A DNA stretch of 64,000 bases from Wickerhamiella versatilis. Its lineage: Eukaryota. Under the pieces are notes generated by a model that saw only the letters and a program-made list of their open reading frames with translations, made no database searches and had not been told where the DNA came from. The translations under genes and the position numbers were made by a program. Shown here one piece after another: positions 31,660 to 42,078 of this stretch (its first letter is position 1; every line of letters starts with the position of its first letter). The stretch is from the NCBI GenBank assembly GCA_030867685.1, contig JAQOWU010000008.1, positions 2,542,001 through 2,606,000 of the forward strand, given 5' to 3'.

Positions 31660-33327
31660 CTATGAAACTTCAGGGAGTTCCGCCAAGAACTTCCAGAGCC
31701 CATCCTCATCTTCTGCATCTGAACTTATGAAAGTTACAAGAACTCTCTTACGTGCAGCGGCAAGAGCACGGAAAGCTGCAAGGTCCGAAGGGTACAGGTC
31801 TTGCCATGCGCGTAAGACAGAAAATGCCTCGTCTCTCCACGCAGTAAAACTGTCAGCAGAAATTATTGTGGAATGTGCTTTAGAAGAGGGCCATACACCC
31901 CAAGTTACGACATTCTTCACATTAGGCGAGTCTCCACCACTTTCTATGTCCCCCGTTTCGTATGCCGCGTACCATGTCAGGCCCTTAGTGGGTAACTTAA
32001 CTGATTTCCAAACCTCTGCATCAACAAACATCTCGACAAAGGCCCTTTGCCATACCTGGCCTCCTTGTGGACCCCATCCAAAGATGTTATCCGATGAATC
32101 CGCTTTCGAAATCGCGGGCTGTGAACTCAACGTCCAGTAACCACGTCGATTCAACTCGATCAAGTCTTCTTGTATAAGTCCCGTCTCTGCATTTAATGGC
32201 TGGTCACTAAAGGGGAATTCAGGCAGCTCGTTAGTGATATGTCCGATGAAGAAGCGCGAGATATCTTTGACACTGTTAATACTGGGCCAAGATGGGTTGG
32301 CACTTCCTTGCGCAGTTCCATGAACCACAGGACCGTATCCATCTATTTCACCAAATGCAGCGCTACTTGTATCTGTATAACGCCCATTAGGGAATTCATC
32401 AATTAGCTTCAGCGGAGCATTTGAAGAAGATGACAGACCGCAATTGACAACAACCTGAGATAAACTCTTCTCCAAGTTGAGCGTGAAGAAATGGAATCCA
32501 GAAATACCTTTCTCCTTAAGGTCAGTAATAATGGACGTGAGCAGTTCCACACCGTATGCCTTTACCGCATGATCATCTTGCTTGTCAATACTATCAAGGT
32601 CATTCAGAATATTAGAAGGAAGAGAAGCATGGCTCAATTTGCAGGATCGAAGAAGGCCCCTATAGCTATTGACCGGCATTATGCCTGGCAGTATTGGAAT
32701 ATCTCGAAGTTCGGGAAACTCATGAAGTCTTGCAGTATACTGCTCGAATTTTGATTCATTATAAAATAATTGGCTCATGATAAACTGTCCACCTGCCTTA
32801 ATTTTGTTTACCAGGTAGGGAATATCATGTTCGACACTTTGATTCATTGCCAACGAGTCCGCGAAACCCTCAGGATATCCAGCAACACCAATACAAAAGT
32901 CTTCAGGCGAGTATTTTGACCTTATATACTGTACCAGATCTTCGGCCCACGTTAATTCCGACTTCTCTGCGTAATCGCTACGGGGTCGATCTCCACGTAA
33001 TGCAAGGATGTTACGGATACCACCTTCATGGGCTCTGGTGAGAGTGTTGTCAAGGATTTCTTGCGACATGTTAGTACATGTTAAATGCAGTACCACAGGT
33101 ACCCCAAGCTCTTTCTGAAAAGACAATGCAAGCTCAAGGCTTTCATTACAAGTAGATCCACCAGCTCCCCAAGTCACACTTACGAATAGAGCACCAAGCG
33201 CTACCAGACGCTTGGCTCGATTCAAAAGATTTGCATAACCGTCAGAAGTACGTGGAGGAAAAAACTCGCAGCTAAACCACGGAGCTTCTTGCGATCGGAT
33301 GAGATCCGTCAGAAGAGGTGTAGTCAT
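31660..33327 (-). CDS. MET12: Methylenetetrahydrofolate reductase, Met12 type
   Basis: EFFPPRT, VTWGAGGST, LHLTCTN, IRNILALRGD, FHFFTLNLEK, VTWGVWP; divergent from RAD1; ATG at 33327. Confidence 0.9.
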   Translation of the reverse strand: MTTPLLTDLIRSQEAPWFSCEFFPPRTSDGYANLLNRAKRLVALGALFVSVTWGAGGSTCNESLELALSFQKELGVPVVLHLTCTNMSQEILDNTLTRAHEGGIRNILALRGDRPRSDYAEKSELTWAEDLVQYIRSKYSPEDFCIGVAGYPEGFADSLAMNQSVEHDIPYLVNKIKAGGQFIMSQLFYNESKFEQYTARLHEFPELRDIPILPGIMPVNSYRGLLRSCKLSHASLPSNILNDLDSIDKQDDHAVKAYGVELLTSIITDLKEKGISGFHFFTLNLEKSLSQVVVNCGLSSSSNAPLKLIDEFPNGRYTDTSSAAFGEIDGYGPVVHGTAQGSANPSWPSINSVKDISRFFIGHITNELPEFPFSDQPLNAETGLIQEDLIELNRRGYWTLSSQPAISKADSSDNIFGWGPQGGQVWQRAFVEMFVDAEVWKSVKLPTKGLTWYAAYETGDIESGGDSPNVKNVVTWGVWPSSKAHSTIISADSFTAWRDEAFSVLRAWQDLYPSDLAAFRALAAARKRVLVTFISSDAEDEDGLWKFLAELPEVS

Positions 33328-33682
33328 CGGGGTGATGATGACTTGCAAATCTGAGAATCGACTATAAGTAAAGATTGTGGAGATCCAAGTGAAAAAATCT
33401 CTTAGCTGTTTTCTAAAAAAAATACATTCAAATTTTAAGAGCATATGTATGAGATTCTAAAATGTTTAAGATATTTTCGTATCATGACAAGGAGAGAGAT
33501 TGACAAGACATACAGCCTTACTGCCGCTTATATGAATACCAGAATAACTTGGATTGCAATTATCCAGATCATTTCTTTTCGACTGGAATTGTACCAATCG
33601 GAGTATTAAATTCCACTTTGAATTCAAGATATTATTATCGGTGAACTTTGTGTCTGAATAAGTCCTTAACAATCTCATATGT

Positions 33683-36316
33683 ATGACGGAACGTCTGTTT
33701 GTGGATGATGAGGACAATGGTAGGAGAACTGAGCAAGCACAAGTACGCCGCGAAGGCATGGAATCCTTGAGCAAGGATATTGCACTTCCTGTGCTTCCTT
33801 ATCAGCAACAAATTCTTCAGGAGATTCTTCAGGACGATACTCTTTTAGTATTAGGCGAAGGCCTGGGTATCCACGCATTGGTTACACTCACACTGATATT
33901 GAGCGTATTAGGAGCTGAGAATGCATCAGGTGAGCCTCTTATCTTATTATTAGGTGCAAATGACCATGACCTCTTGTGTATAACTCAAGAGATTGCACGC
34001 TTTCGCCAGATTTCTAGTGACTTTCGTATTCCAAAAAGATTTTCAATCACCGATTTTGATTTCACAACACCCCCTCGACAACGGCAAGAAAGCTATGATA
34101 AAGGCGGTGTATTCAGGTTAACAAGAACGGTATTCTTAAACGATGCTCTTACCAACGCCTTGACTTGTTCTCGAGTTACTGGGATAGTTGTTTTGAACGC
34201 TGAACTTACTAGTTCTGAGTTCTGCTTAAGGCTTTTTCGTGCACGTAATCGCGTTGGCTTCATCAAGGCATTTAGCTGTCGACCACAGAGAATCTCCAGT
34301 CAATTTAATGGTCTTTCCAATCAGATGCGACTTTTGAATGTGAGTAAGTGTACTTTGTGGCCCCGCTTTCATGTTTTGGTTGATGAAAGCTTGCCTCGAC
34401 TGGAAGTGAATGAAATCATAGTGGAGCCCACAGCTTCAACACGCAAGCTTCAACAAATCATTGGAGACTTGATACAGGAGCAGATCTCAATGATACGCAG
34501 GTCTAGTGCTACAAAGGAACTGGATACCCAAAATTGGACCGCAGATGCTGCCTTTAGCTCTAACTTATATGCAAGTGTCAGCCAGGCTTTGGATCCACTA
34601 TGGGCACGTCTCAGCAAACCTGTAAGAGAAGCAGTACGAACTCTTGGTGACTTTCAGAGGTTACTCACGTCTCTGTTTGACTTAGATTGTATAGACTTTG
34701 TTCGGCGGGTTGAGTCTCTCAGAATAGACGCTGAGGCAACTTGGCTACTGAGTCCTGCAGCCGATAGCTTGATTTCTGAATCTCGTGCACGAATAGAACG
34801 ACGAGAAGTTCCGCCAAAGCTTCAGCACCTTGGAGAACTATTAGATGAGCTTAATGATGGCAATATAATGCTAATGTGCAATGATGACCAGCGGCGCCTA
34901 CTCGCAGAATATTTGAGAATGCGCGATCGTTACATTCCAGCTAGGTGTATCGAATATGAGTGGCTTGTAGCTTTCCGGCGATCTGAATTACAGAGACGTA
35001 AAGCAGAGATTGAAACTAAGTATTCAAGTCATCCTAATGACTCTAATAAGCCCAAAAGGCCTCTCACCAAACGTCGTCGTGTTCGAGGCACCTCCCAGGC
35101 AGCAGCATTTGGCGATCGGACTGAAACCCCCGCTGTTACTGAGCCCAAAGATGAAGAGCCAGATGCTGTTGTGACGTCTGTCTCTTTAGAAAAACTGGAA
35201 GAACTACCTAACTGGAGGGCTGGGGAGGGTAAGTTAGTAGAGGAGCTTTTTGATGTGCGCTGCTATGGTCATGAGAATAATGGTGACTTCCACTTAGCCG
35301 CAGGGGGTCTCGATGTCTGGATATGCTCATATGAGACGCCAGAACGATTGTATGATTTGTCTCCATCGGGCGTTGTCATGTTTGAACCAAATTTGGCATT
35401 TACAAGAGAGATAGAAAGATGGACAGCAGTTGGGGGAAATGCTGAAATCTATTTTATGTATTACCAGCAAAGTGTAGAGGAACTGAAATACCTCACCACC
35501 ATGCGATCAGAGAAAGACGCTTTCTCAGGTCTGATTCGCGAAAAGGCATCAATGCCCATGGTATTGAATGATTTACCTGAGGATGATGAAAATATACCAC
35601 TCCTGAGAACTACTAGGCAAGCAGGTGGTCAGATTCAAGTTGTTACAGAGCCTCCACAAATCATTGTGGATGCTCGTGAACTACGCAGTCAGCTTCCTTT
35701 TCTCATTTGGCAACAACGAATCAAGCTTATACCAGTAACCTTGAAGGTAGGTGATTATATCCTGACACCTGACATTGTAGTTGAGCGAAAGAGTCTTCGC
35801 GATTTGCGATCAAGCTTCCGCGATGGTAGGTTATTTCAGCAATGTAATCAGATGATTGCATTTTATCGAAGGCCGATGCTGCTCATCGAGTTTGATAGCT
35901 CTTCCAACTTCAGCCTTGAACCGTACAAAGATATCATGCGCCAGTCAAGAGCTGAAACCCGAGAAATCCAAGAAAATATTACCACCCTTATTATCACTTT
36001 CCCCACGCTGCGCCTTATCTGGTCAGCCTCGCCCCGTCATACTGCTGAAATATTTGAGGTTCTCAAACACAATAGACCTGAGCCCAATCGCGATGAAACC
36101 ACGGAGACAGGACAGGCAGTTCGCTACGATAGTGTTGCCTACGAAGTATTAACTGCAATACCAGGTGTCACAATCGCTAATGCGCAAACTTTGGCCACTA
36201 GAATCAAGTCATTGCGCGAGCTCGCGGAAAAATCTTTCGATGACTTGCGTGAGCTCGTCGGTTCTGAGGATGCTCGAAGAATTACAAATTTTCTCGATGA
36301 AACTACATTTATGTAA
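33683..36316 (+). CDS. RAD1: XPF-type DNA repair endonuclease Rad1
   Basis: LWPRFHV, EKDAFSGLIREK, VDARELRS, GDYILTPDIVVERKS nuclease motif, C-terminal HhH. Confidence 0.95.
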   Translation: MTERLFVDDEDNGRRTEQAQVRREGMESLSKDIALPVLPYQQQILQEILQDDTLLVLGEGLGIHALVTLTLILSVLGAENASGEPLILLLGANDHDLLCITQEIARFRQISSDFRIPKRFSITDFDFTTPPRQRQESYDKGGVFRLTRTVFLNDALTNALTCSRVTGIVVLNAELTSSEFCLRLFRARNRVGFIKAFSCRPQRISSQFNGLSNQMRLLNVSKCTLWPRFHVLVDESLPRLEVNEIIVEPTASTRKLQQIIGDLIQEQISMIRRSSATKELDTQNWTADAAFSSNLYASVSQALDPLWARLSKPVREAVRTLGDFQRLLTSLFDLDCIDFVRRVESLRIDAEATWLLSPAADSLISESRARIERREVPPKLQHLGELLDELNDGNIMLMCNDDQRRLLAEYLRMRDRYIPARCIEYEWLVAFRRSELQRRKAEIETKYSSHPNDSNKPKRPLTKRRRVRGTSQAAAFGDRTETPAVTEPKDEEPDAVVTSVSLEKLEELPNWRAGEGKLVEELFDVRCYGHENNGDFHLAAGGLDVWICSYETPERLYDLSPSGVVMFEPNLAFTREIERWTAVGGNAEIYFMYYQQSVEELKYLTTMRSEKDAFSGLIREKASMPMVLNDLPEDDENIPLLRTTRQAGGQIQVVTEPPQIIVDARELRSQLPFLIWQQRIKLIPVTLKVGDYILTPDIVVERKSLRDLRSSFRDGRLFQQCNQMIAFYRRPMLLIEFDSSSNFSLEPYKDIMRQSRAETREIQENITTLIITFPTLRLIWSASPRHTAEIFEVLKHNRPEPNRDETTETGQAVRYDSVAYEVLTAIPGVTIANAQTLATRIKSLRELAEKSFDDLRELVGSEDARRITNFLDETTFM

Positions 36317-36330
36317 ATTTATATATCACA

Positions 36331-39300
36331 TTAACTCATACTTGTCTCCCTATATTGATCTTGACCATCATCATAGAGTTTTACCAGATGCCGCACAACA
36401 GTTTTGTCCATATCTGCAGCCATCAAAGCTCCGAGCAAGTGTTCCATGGTTGGAAAGATACCCAGACGGGGAACCTTGGTAGATCTACGGGCTTTTTCAA
36501 GCAAGATTTGTATTACATGGACGCCACGCTCGGTCATTTTGGCAAAGGGGCGCACAGTTTCAATTCGCTGTCCTGCATGAGAGCCCTGCTGCACCTGGTG
36601 AGAATTGAACACCACCATTCCCATAAAGTTTAGAACGCGGACAAACCTTGATCCTAAGTGATCTACTGACGCCAGCCATTGTTCTGCAATATTGGAAGCT
36701 GTAGGGTTGTTGTCATCCTCAGTATCAGGAATCATCTCAGCAAGCAACTCAGCAGCTATAAAGGCTTGCAGCAAAAGGGGGCATCGAGCATCGATATCAC
36801 GTGGTGGTGGTCGAAAATGGTTGGACGGAAGAACAGAAATTACCATTGCCCAAAGGCGTGTGAGAAATTCATAGGGACGAAGTTCCGTTTGAACTGCCCT
36901 TAAATACTGTGCAAGTATTCGTTTATATCCGGGATCTTCGGATGTCCCCAAAATCACATCTCGCATGAGACGAGAATTGTTAGGTTCATGAGATATAACC
37001 TTCACTAGTATATCAATAGCATGAGGTAGATATCTATAGACCTCAACATCAACATTTGGGAAGAGAATACCATCCTCCTTGAAAGGTCCTTGCAGTGGAC
37101 TGAAGCTCAAGATAAACAATAACAGAGTGAATGCCTCTTGCTCATTTCTCAATTCGAAGTGAAGCGATACATTGGATAAAACAATCGCTATGTCCTTGCA
37201 TAAATCCAGAGTGCGCAAGTGAGAATCAAGCAAGCATTCATGCGAAGCCAACAGATCGAGCATCTCCCATAAGAGAGTGAGAAATTCAGGTTTTCGAGCA
37301 ATTAGCGGCCGGTTTTGCTCAGAAAAAGACAGATTGCGAAGAACGCATGTCGCACTGAGCAGTCTGTCGCAAGCGGCTGTGAGAAAGAACGTGTCCACTT
37401 CTTCACTTGGTTTATTCAGTTCCCTTATTTCAGTTTCAATTTTCTCATAACGCTCGGTGTAATTCAAGAATCTCACCTTTTTCTTATCCTCAGAAACTCC
37501 CTGTGATTGGTTGTCCGTTTCTCTTTTTGGACTATCGTTAACCTCGTGCTTCACTCTTACTCCATCGCCAGCAATTTTGGCTTCTGGACCTGATAACACA
37601 TCTCCCGTTCGCGAATCTACCTCTAGAACGATACCATCAGAAACCATTTGCTTTCTTTTAGCTTCAGCGACTAACTCGTCTGTCTTAGACTGTGGTTCTG
37701 AGGGAGGAACTGGCTCTGACTTACGCTTGGTCGAAATATGTTTCATATGGCCCTTCTCGCGTGCAATTACCGGTAAAACTGATCTCATCACCTGACACAA
37801 ATTAGCCAGCAGCCTTGGACAGTGTTGTAAAGACTTATGCATTCTTGGGTTTGCCGTCACAACAATGAGTTTGTCAAGACTCTGTCTGACCTCTGCTACA
37901 TCATTTGAAGCAAGACTAAGTGTGATAGCATGAAGATCCACAGTTCCTAAGTCGAGTGGGAAAGCTACATCAGGGCGCCAGTTTTCAGTTTCATTTCCAA
38001 GCATGGAGATGTATCGCACGTCTCGTCCGCCAAATGTTGTAAGATGCCGTCTTTGCAACAAATATGTTTGATTATCTGTCGCCGGTTTGAAAACATTTTC
38101 CTCCCGTTTCTCGCGAGCTTCTGTCTCACGCTGTATTGCTTGCACGCGAGCTTGTTCAAGGCGCTGAGCGGCTTCAAGTCGCGCCATTTCTTTACGCTGT
38201 TGCTCTTGTCGCTGTTGCTGTTGCTGCTGTTGTAGCCGTTGCCGTTGTAACTGTTGCACCTGAGCTTGCTGCGCTTGTTGTGCCTGCTGTGCTTGTTGTG
38301 CTTGTTGTGCTTGTTGCGCCTGCTGTGCCTGCTGTGCTTGCTGTGCCTGCTGTATCTGTGCTTGCGATGCTGCTTGAGGAGGTTGTTGCTGCGGGCGCTG
38401 TTGCTGTTGTAATTGCTGTTGTTGTTGTCGCTGCTGCTGCTGTCGCTGTTGCTGTTGCTGCATAAATTGTCGCTGCTGTCTCGGATCTAGTTTTAACCGT
38501 TTTGCTTGCTGTTGCTGCATCAGAGAAGTCACACCACCAGTCGGTGGCCGCTGCGATCCCATTTGTTGGGTACCAGCCGCGGCACCAGCTTGCTGAACCG
38601 CTATACTCCGTGGAACAAATCTCTCCAAAAGAAAATCGCTGGCATTAGACGCTTCTTCAAACAGTAACAATTGTCTAGCATACACTTGTATCAAGTCAAA
38701 TATTGAATTTTCACTTGCTCCAATTCGAAGCTGTTGAGCTATCAAGGGCCACTTTGAACCTCGGGTAGCCAAGATATATCCGCCTTGCGCCTGGACTACT
38801 ACAAAAAGGTTAAACATTGGCATGAGTGTTCCAGCGATTCGAGTTGTTGGTTGTGGCGGAGTCAGTGGTCGCTCATAGTTTCTTGCATTAGCGGTATAAA
38901 AGTCTACCAGTGCTTTAAACCACAATTCAGGGTTTACGTATGCCCAAAGGACCGTGGTCAGTCTTGGAGGTTGTTCAGGCGGGGGCCTCGAAAACAAACG
39001 CGAAATCATGGCTGCACATTCCTGCGGTGGAAGTGCGTTAGTACGCAGCATGATTTCTTCGGGTATCTCATCACCACGTTTATGTATGTGGCTATAGTAA
39101 AAAAGTGCGAAGACTGTCAGCTTGTCGGAATTCTTCACGCCCATGGAATCCGTTCGAGGATGCGGTTGCTGTTGCTGCTGATGCTGTTGCTGCTGATGAT
39201 GCTGATTTCCAGTGGAACTTACAGACGTTCGACGTGTTCCAGGCAACGGGACCTGCGACCCGCGCAGATCAGCCATGTCAAATGACGAGCCCGGAACAGG

Positions 39301-39993
39301 AGTTTGAGGCGTTGAGGGCGTATGTGGAGGAACAGAATGAAGTGGACCTGGAATTGTAGCCGATCCTGTTCTGGGAATCGGAGGTGCACCTGGCATCGCT
39401 CCACGAAACATAGCCGGCCCAGAAATGGCCGTTGGGCTTACAGCACTACCTGGCCTCCGAATACCTTTCATATCCTGCACGCCTTGAAAACCTGCTGGAT
39501 AACCACTTAGCGGCATACCTAGAGGATTTATCCCCTGCTGAGGCATTGCCTGAGAAGGAATTGAATTGCGCATCATTCCATGAGGCGGGATCCCTCGTGA
39601 CACATTTGGGAATACATTGGGGGTACTTGTGGGTCTCTCTTGTTGGACTGGAATAGCGAGAGGCGAATCCGGAGGTGGTGGTCCTGCACTGACTGGTGGG
39701 GGAATGTCTGTCGGCACAGGTGTGCCTGAAAGTTTGTGGGTGATATTCGGCGAATCACTCATAGTTGGACCTGTCTTGGGAGCGATATCTTTATCCGGGG
39801 CTTCGATATCGAGGCCCAAATCCGTAGGTGCATTCAGCCATGCGGTGGGATCTGCAAATTCATCTACAGGGTCCATTGCTAGATCACCATCCAAAAATTC
39901 TAGTCCTCCCTTATCCGCAGAATTCGAATCTACGGGAATCCTGAAATCTGCGTCAAATAATGGCTCCAGGTCGCCAGACATCGACACTTCCAT
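36331..39993 (-). CDS. SWI1: SWI/SNF subunit Swi1 (ARID1 family)
   Basis: ARID-like FNLFVVVQAQGGY..KWPLIAQQL..YARQLLLFE; polyQ; LGTVDLHAITLSLAS; VLRNLSFSEQN; synteny with RAD1. Confidence 0.85.
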   Translation of the reverse strand: MEVSMSGDLEPLFDADFRIPVDSNSADKGGLEFLDGDLAMDPVDEFADPTAWLNAPTDLGLDIEAPDKDIAPKTGPTMSDSPNITHKLSGTPVPTDIPPPVSAGPPPPDSPLAIPVQQERPTSTPNVFPNVSRGIPPHGMMRNSIPSQAMPQQGINPLGMPLSGYPAGFQGVQDMKGIRRPGSAVSPTAISGPAMFRGAMPGAPPIPRTGSATIPGPLHSVPPHTPSTPQTPVPGSSFDMADLRGSQVPLPGTRRTSVSSTGNQHHQQQQHQQQQQPHPRTDSMGVKNSDKLTVFALFYYSHIHKRGDEIPEEIMLRTNALPPQECAAMISRLFSRPPPEQPPRLTTVLWAYVNPELWFKALVDFYTANARNYERPLTPPQPTTRIAGTLMPMFNLFVVVQAQGGYILATRGSKWPLIAQQLRIGASENSIFDLIQVYARQLLLFEEASNASDFLLERFVPRSIAVQQAGAAAGTQQMGSQRPPTGGVTSLMQQQQAKRLKLDPRQQRQFMQQQQQRQQQQRQQQQQLQQQQRPQQQPPQAASQAQIQQAQQAQQAQQAQQAQQAQQAQQAQQAQQAQVQQLQRQRLQQQQQQQRQEQQRKEMARLEAAQRLEQARVQAIQRETEAREKREENVFKPATDNQTYLLQRRHLTTFGGRDVRYISMLGNETENWRPDVAFPLDLGTVDLHAITLSLASNDVAEVRQSLDKLIVVTANPRMHKSLQHCPRLLANLCQVMRSVLPVIAREKGHMKHISTKRKSEPVPPSEPQSKTDELVAEAKRKQMVSDGIVLEVDSRTGDVLSGPEAKIAGDGVRVKHEVNDSPKRETDNQSQGVSEDKKKVRFLNYTERYEKIETEIRELNKPSEEVDTFFLTAACDRLLSATCVLRNLSFSEQNRPLIARKPEFLTLLWEMLDLLASHECLLDSHLRTLDLCKDIAIVLSNVSLHFELRNEQEAFTLLLFILSFSPLQGPFKEDGILFPNVDVEVYRYLPHAIDILVKVISHEPNNSRLMRDVILGTSEDPGYKRILAQYLRAVQTELRPYEFLTRLWAMVISVLPSNHFRPPPRDIDARCPLLLQAFIAAELLAEMIPDTEDDNNPTASNIAEQWLASVDHLGSRFVRVLNFMGMVVFNSHQVQQGSHAGQRIETVRPFAKMTERGVHVIQILLEKARRSTKVPRLGIFPTMEHLLGALMAADMDKTVVRHLVKLYDDGQDQYRETSMS
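38198..38520 (-). repeat. CAG/CAA-rich polyQ and (QQA)n coding repeat in SWI1
   Basis: TGC/TGT runs on + strand encoding QQQQ and about 10 tandem QQA units. Confidence 0.9.
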
Positions 39994-40344
39994 GTGCAAC
40001 TGCTACCGTTGAGCAGTAGCTTATGTAAGACGGGCAATAGCTGGAGGATCTACCACGCTCTGCTCAAAGAGGAATATTGTCAAATATTGCGCATTAACAG
40101 TTGAAAAATTCAATGTCCTATTCAGTGCTGTGTAAAATCTTGTTATGAAACGGGCAAAAAGCACACTTCATTACCTGAGACTGGTTGGAAAAAGTCTACA
40201 GCTATACGAGCCTCGTACATATCTATTCATTCAGAGCATCAAAATATCTAAGCAAGAGCTTGCAATATAGGATATTATGAAAATTGTTGGTCTCTCCTCG
40301 GCGTCAATTAAAGAGCTAGGGCTAGGGTGCTTCTATTTGACTGA

Positions 40345-40797
40345 ATGTGGGTTTCTGCTCAAACGTTGCTGCTGAACCGAGTCGTATTGCTCTGGATATG
40401 TGCTTTTTTTCTAATATACAACCCTGAAGCCGTTTACAAAAATATTTACGTGCTGGCTATAGGTCATAGCCTGCCTCAAGTATATGTGGGCTCGGGTGAT
40501 GCATTAGCTTCCTTAGTTGCCACGCTTTTTGCAGCTGAGGGATTACAGGACTTTATTCTATTATTCGAAGATCGATATCTAGAAACTTTCCGCGTGATTC
40601 TCCCTGCAAGACTCATTGTTTATTTCGCTGTGTCTGCTCTGAGTTACATGAAGGTTGCTTCCTTTGCTGTTGGTCCATTATTTACCTACTGTTTCACAGA
40701 AATCCTTATGAACTTCTGGATATTTTCTGCGATCCGTGAGGAAATGAATGAAAAGTTGCGTGTGGCCATAAGGAGTTCAGCTGGAACTACATCATAA
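40345..40797 (+). CDS. ILM1: Ilm1-family membrane protein
   Basis: VSAQTLLLNRV, PARLIVYF, FTYCFTEILMNFWIFSAIREE. Confidence 0.8.
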   Translation: MWVSAQTLLLNRVVLLWICAFFLIYNPEAVYKNIYVLAIGHSLPQVYVGSGDALASLVATLFAAEGLQDFILLFEDRYLETFRVILPARLIVYFAVSALSYMKVASFAVGPLFTYCFTEILMNFWIFSAIREEMNEKLRVAIRSSAGTTS

Positions 40798-40826
40798 TTA
40801 TAGCATCTAAAGTTGTATGTTTCATT

Positions 40827-41786
40827 TTAGAAGAAAAATAAGCGCTTTTTGCTGTTAAGTTTGTTGGACAGGCGTTTGTATTCCTCAATTTCACCCCAAC
40901 AGTCTCTTCCGAATTGACATCCCGCCATATTGACCATGAAGTCTCGAGCGTTCTCGTTGTAGAAAAACCGAGGATCGTCTCCAGCTTCAGAACAAGCTCC
41001 TGGGGGGTAAGCGTTGATGAGTCTGAGATCGGGTAACGCAATGTGGCTTCTTATCCAGGCTTGCGTATTGTATAAATACTGCAGTGCTGCCTGTTCTCCA
41101 TGAATCCATTCCATATGCTTTTGCTCATACATAACAGGATCCCACCATATGTCTAGTAAAAGCTCTGTGAATTCTGACCTACGAATGAAGAAGGAGCCCA
41201 AACTGAACCCACTGCAATCCAGGGTAAGCAGCATATCTATGGGCTGGCTCTGGTCTACAAATGGCAGATCCATATCAAATCCCGCAGGATTGAAGTTTGA
41301 GCAATTTCGAGGAGCACTATCGAGATGTTTAAAAATATGTGACTGAAGAGATTCCTTGGGCTCCATGATAAACGTCTCCAAATCCAACCACCAAAACCAC
41401 TCTGCATCAGGAAACTGCCTCATTGTTTCTCTTATTATATCCACTCGTTGCCAACTTTCTCTCCATTCATGCGTATACTTCTTCTTCGCCATCATATCCT
41501 TCACAGCCAGATGATAGCCATGACGGCTGGCATATTCCTTTTTATTCGCAATGCTTATCTTTTCCAAATCCCATTCTTTTGCCCCCTTCCACTGAAGTAC
41601 TCCTCCTCCCTTATTCGCCCCTAGAATGATCACGAACTTGGGAGAACGTGACACGAACGTTTTCACACCTACCACCAAGCCCACTATAAGCAAAATAATT
41701 ACCACAAGGAATTTTTTGGTGCGGATTGCTCCTAGAACTGGATCCTTGCGACCAGTCCAAGAAGAACTGAGCTCCTTGAGATGCAT
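40827..41786 (-). CDS. MNN10: GT34 alpha-1,6-mannosyltransferase Mnn10
   Basis: Type II TM anchor; IILGANKGGGVLQWK, KYTHEWRESWQRVD, EWFWWLD, WWDPVMYEQKHMEW, VNMAGC. Confidence 0.9.
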   Translation of the reverse strand: MHLKELSSSWTGRKDPVLGAIRTKKFLVVIILLIVGLVVGVKTFVSRSPKFVIILGANKGGGVLQWKGAKEWDLEKISIANKKEYASRHGYHLAVKDMMAKKKYTHEWRESWQRVDIIRETMRQFPDAEWFWWLDLETFIMEPKESLQSHIFKHLDSAPRNCSNFNPAGFDMDLPFVDQSQPIDMLLTLDCSGFSLGSFFIRRSEFTELLLDIWWDPVMYEQKHMEWIHGEQAALQYLYNTQAWIRSHIALPDLRLINAYPPGACSEAGDDPRFFYNENARDFMVNMAGCQFGRDCWGEIEEYKRLSNKLNSKKRLFFF

Positions 41787-42078
41787 CCGCGTCCTTATTA
41801 GTCACCGGGCTGTACTAGGGTGAAATATAAATATAAACATGTGCAGACAGAACTAGATAAAAAGAATCTTTTTTAAAAAAAAATTGAACTATCGATGAAT
41901 TAAAAAAATTAGATGGTTCATACCGAATATGAACCCTTTTCAGCGGTCTTTAGATTTTTTTTACTTTTTGAGTCTACGTTGGCTTCAGGAGAGCGTATGC
42001 GAAGGATTTGTCGAAGGGATAGGACTAAAGCCGTCTCCCACGTAGACTAAAGCAGAAAGTTTTGCTCCAGCATTAGTT

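Noticed and set aside
31511-32140. 209-aa ORF antisense to MET12
   Set aside because: TTG start, no recognisable motifs; shadow of the real gene
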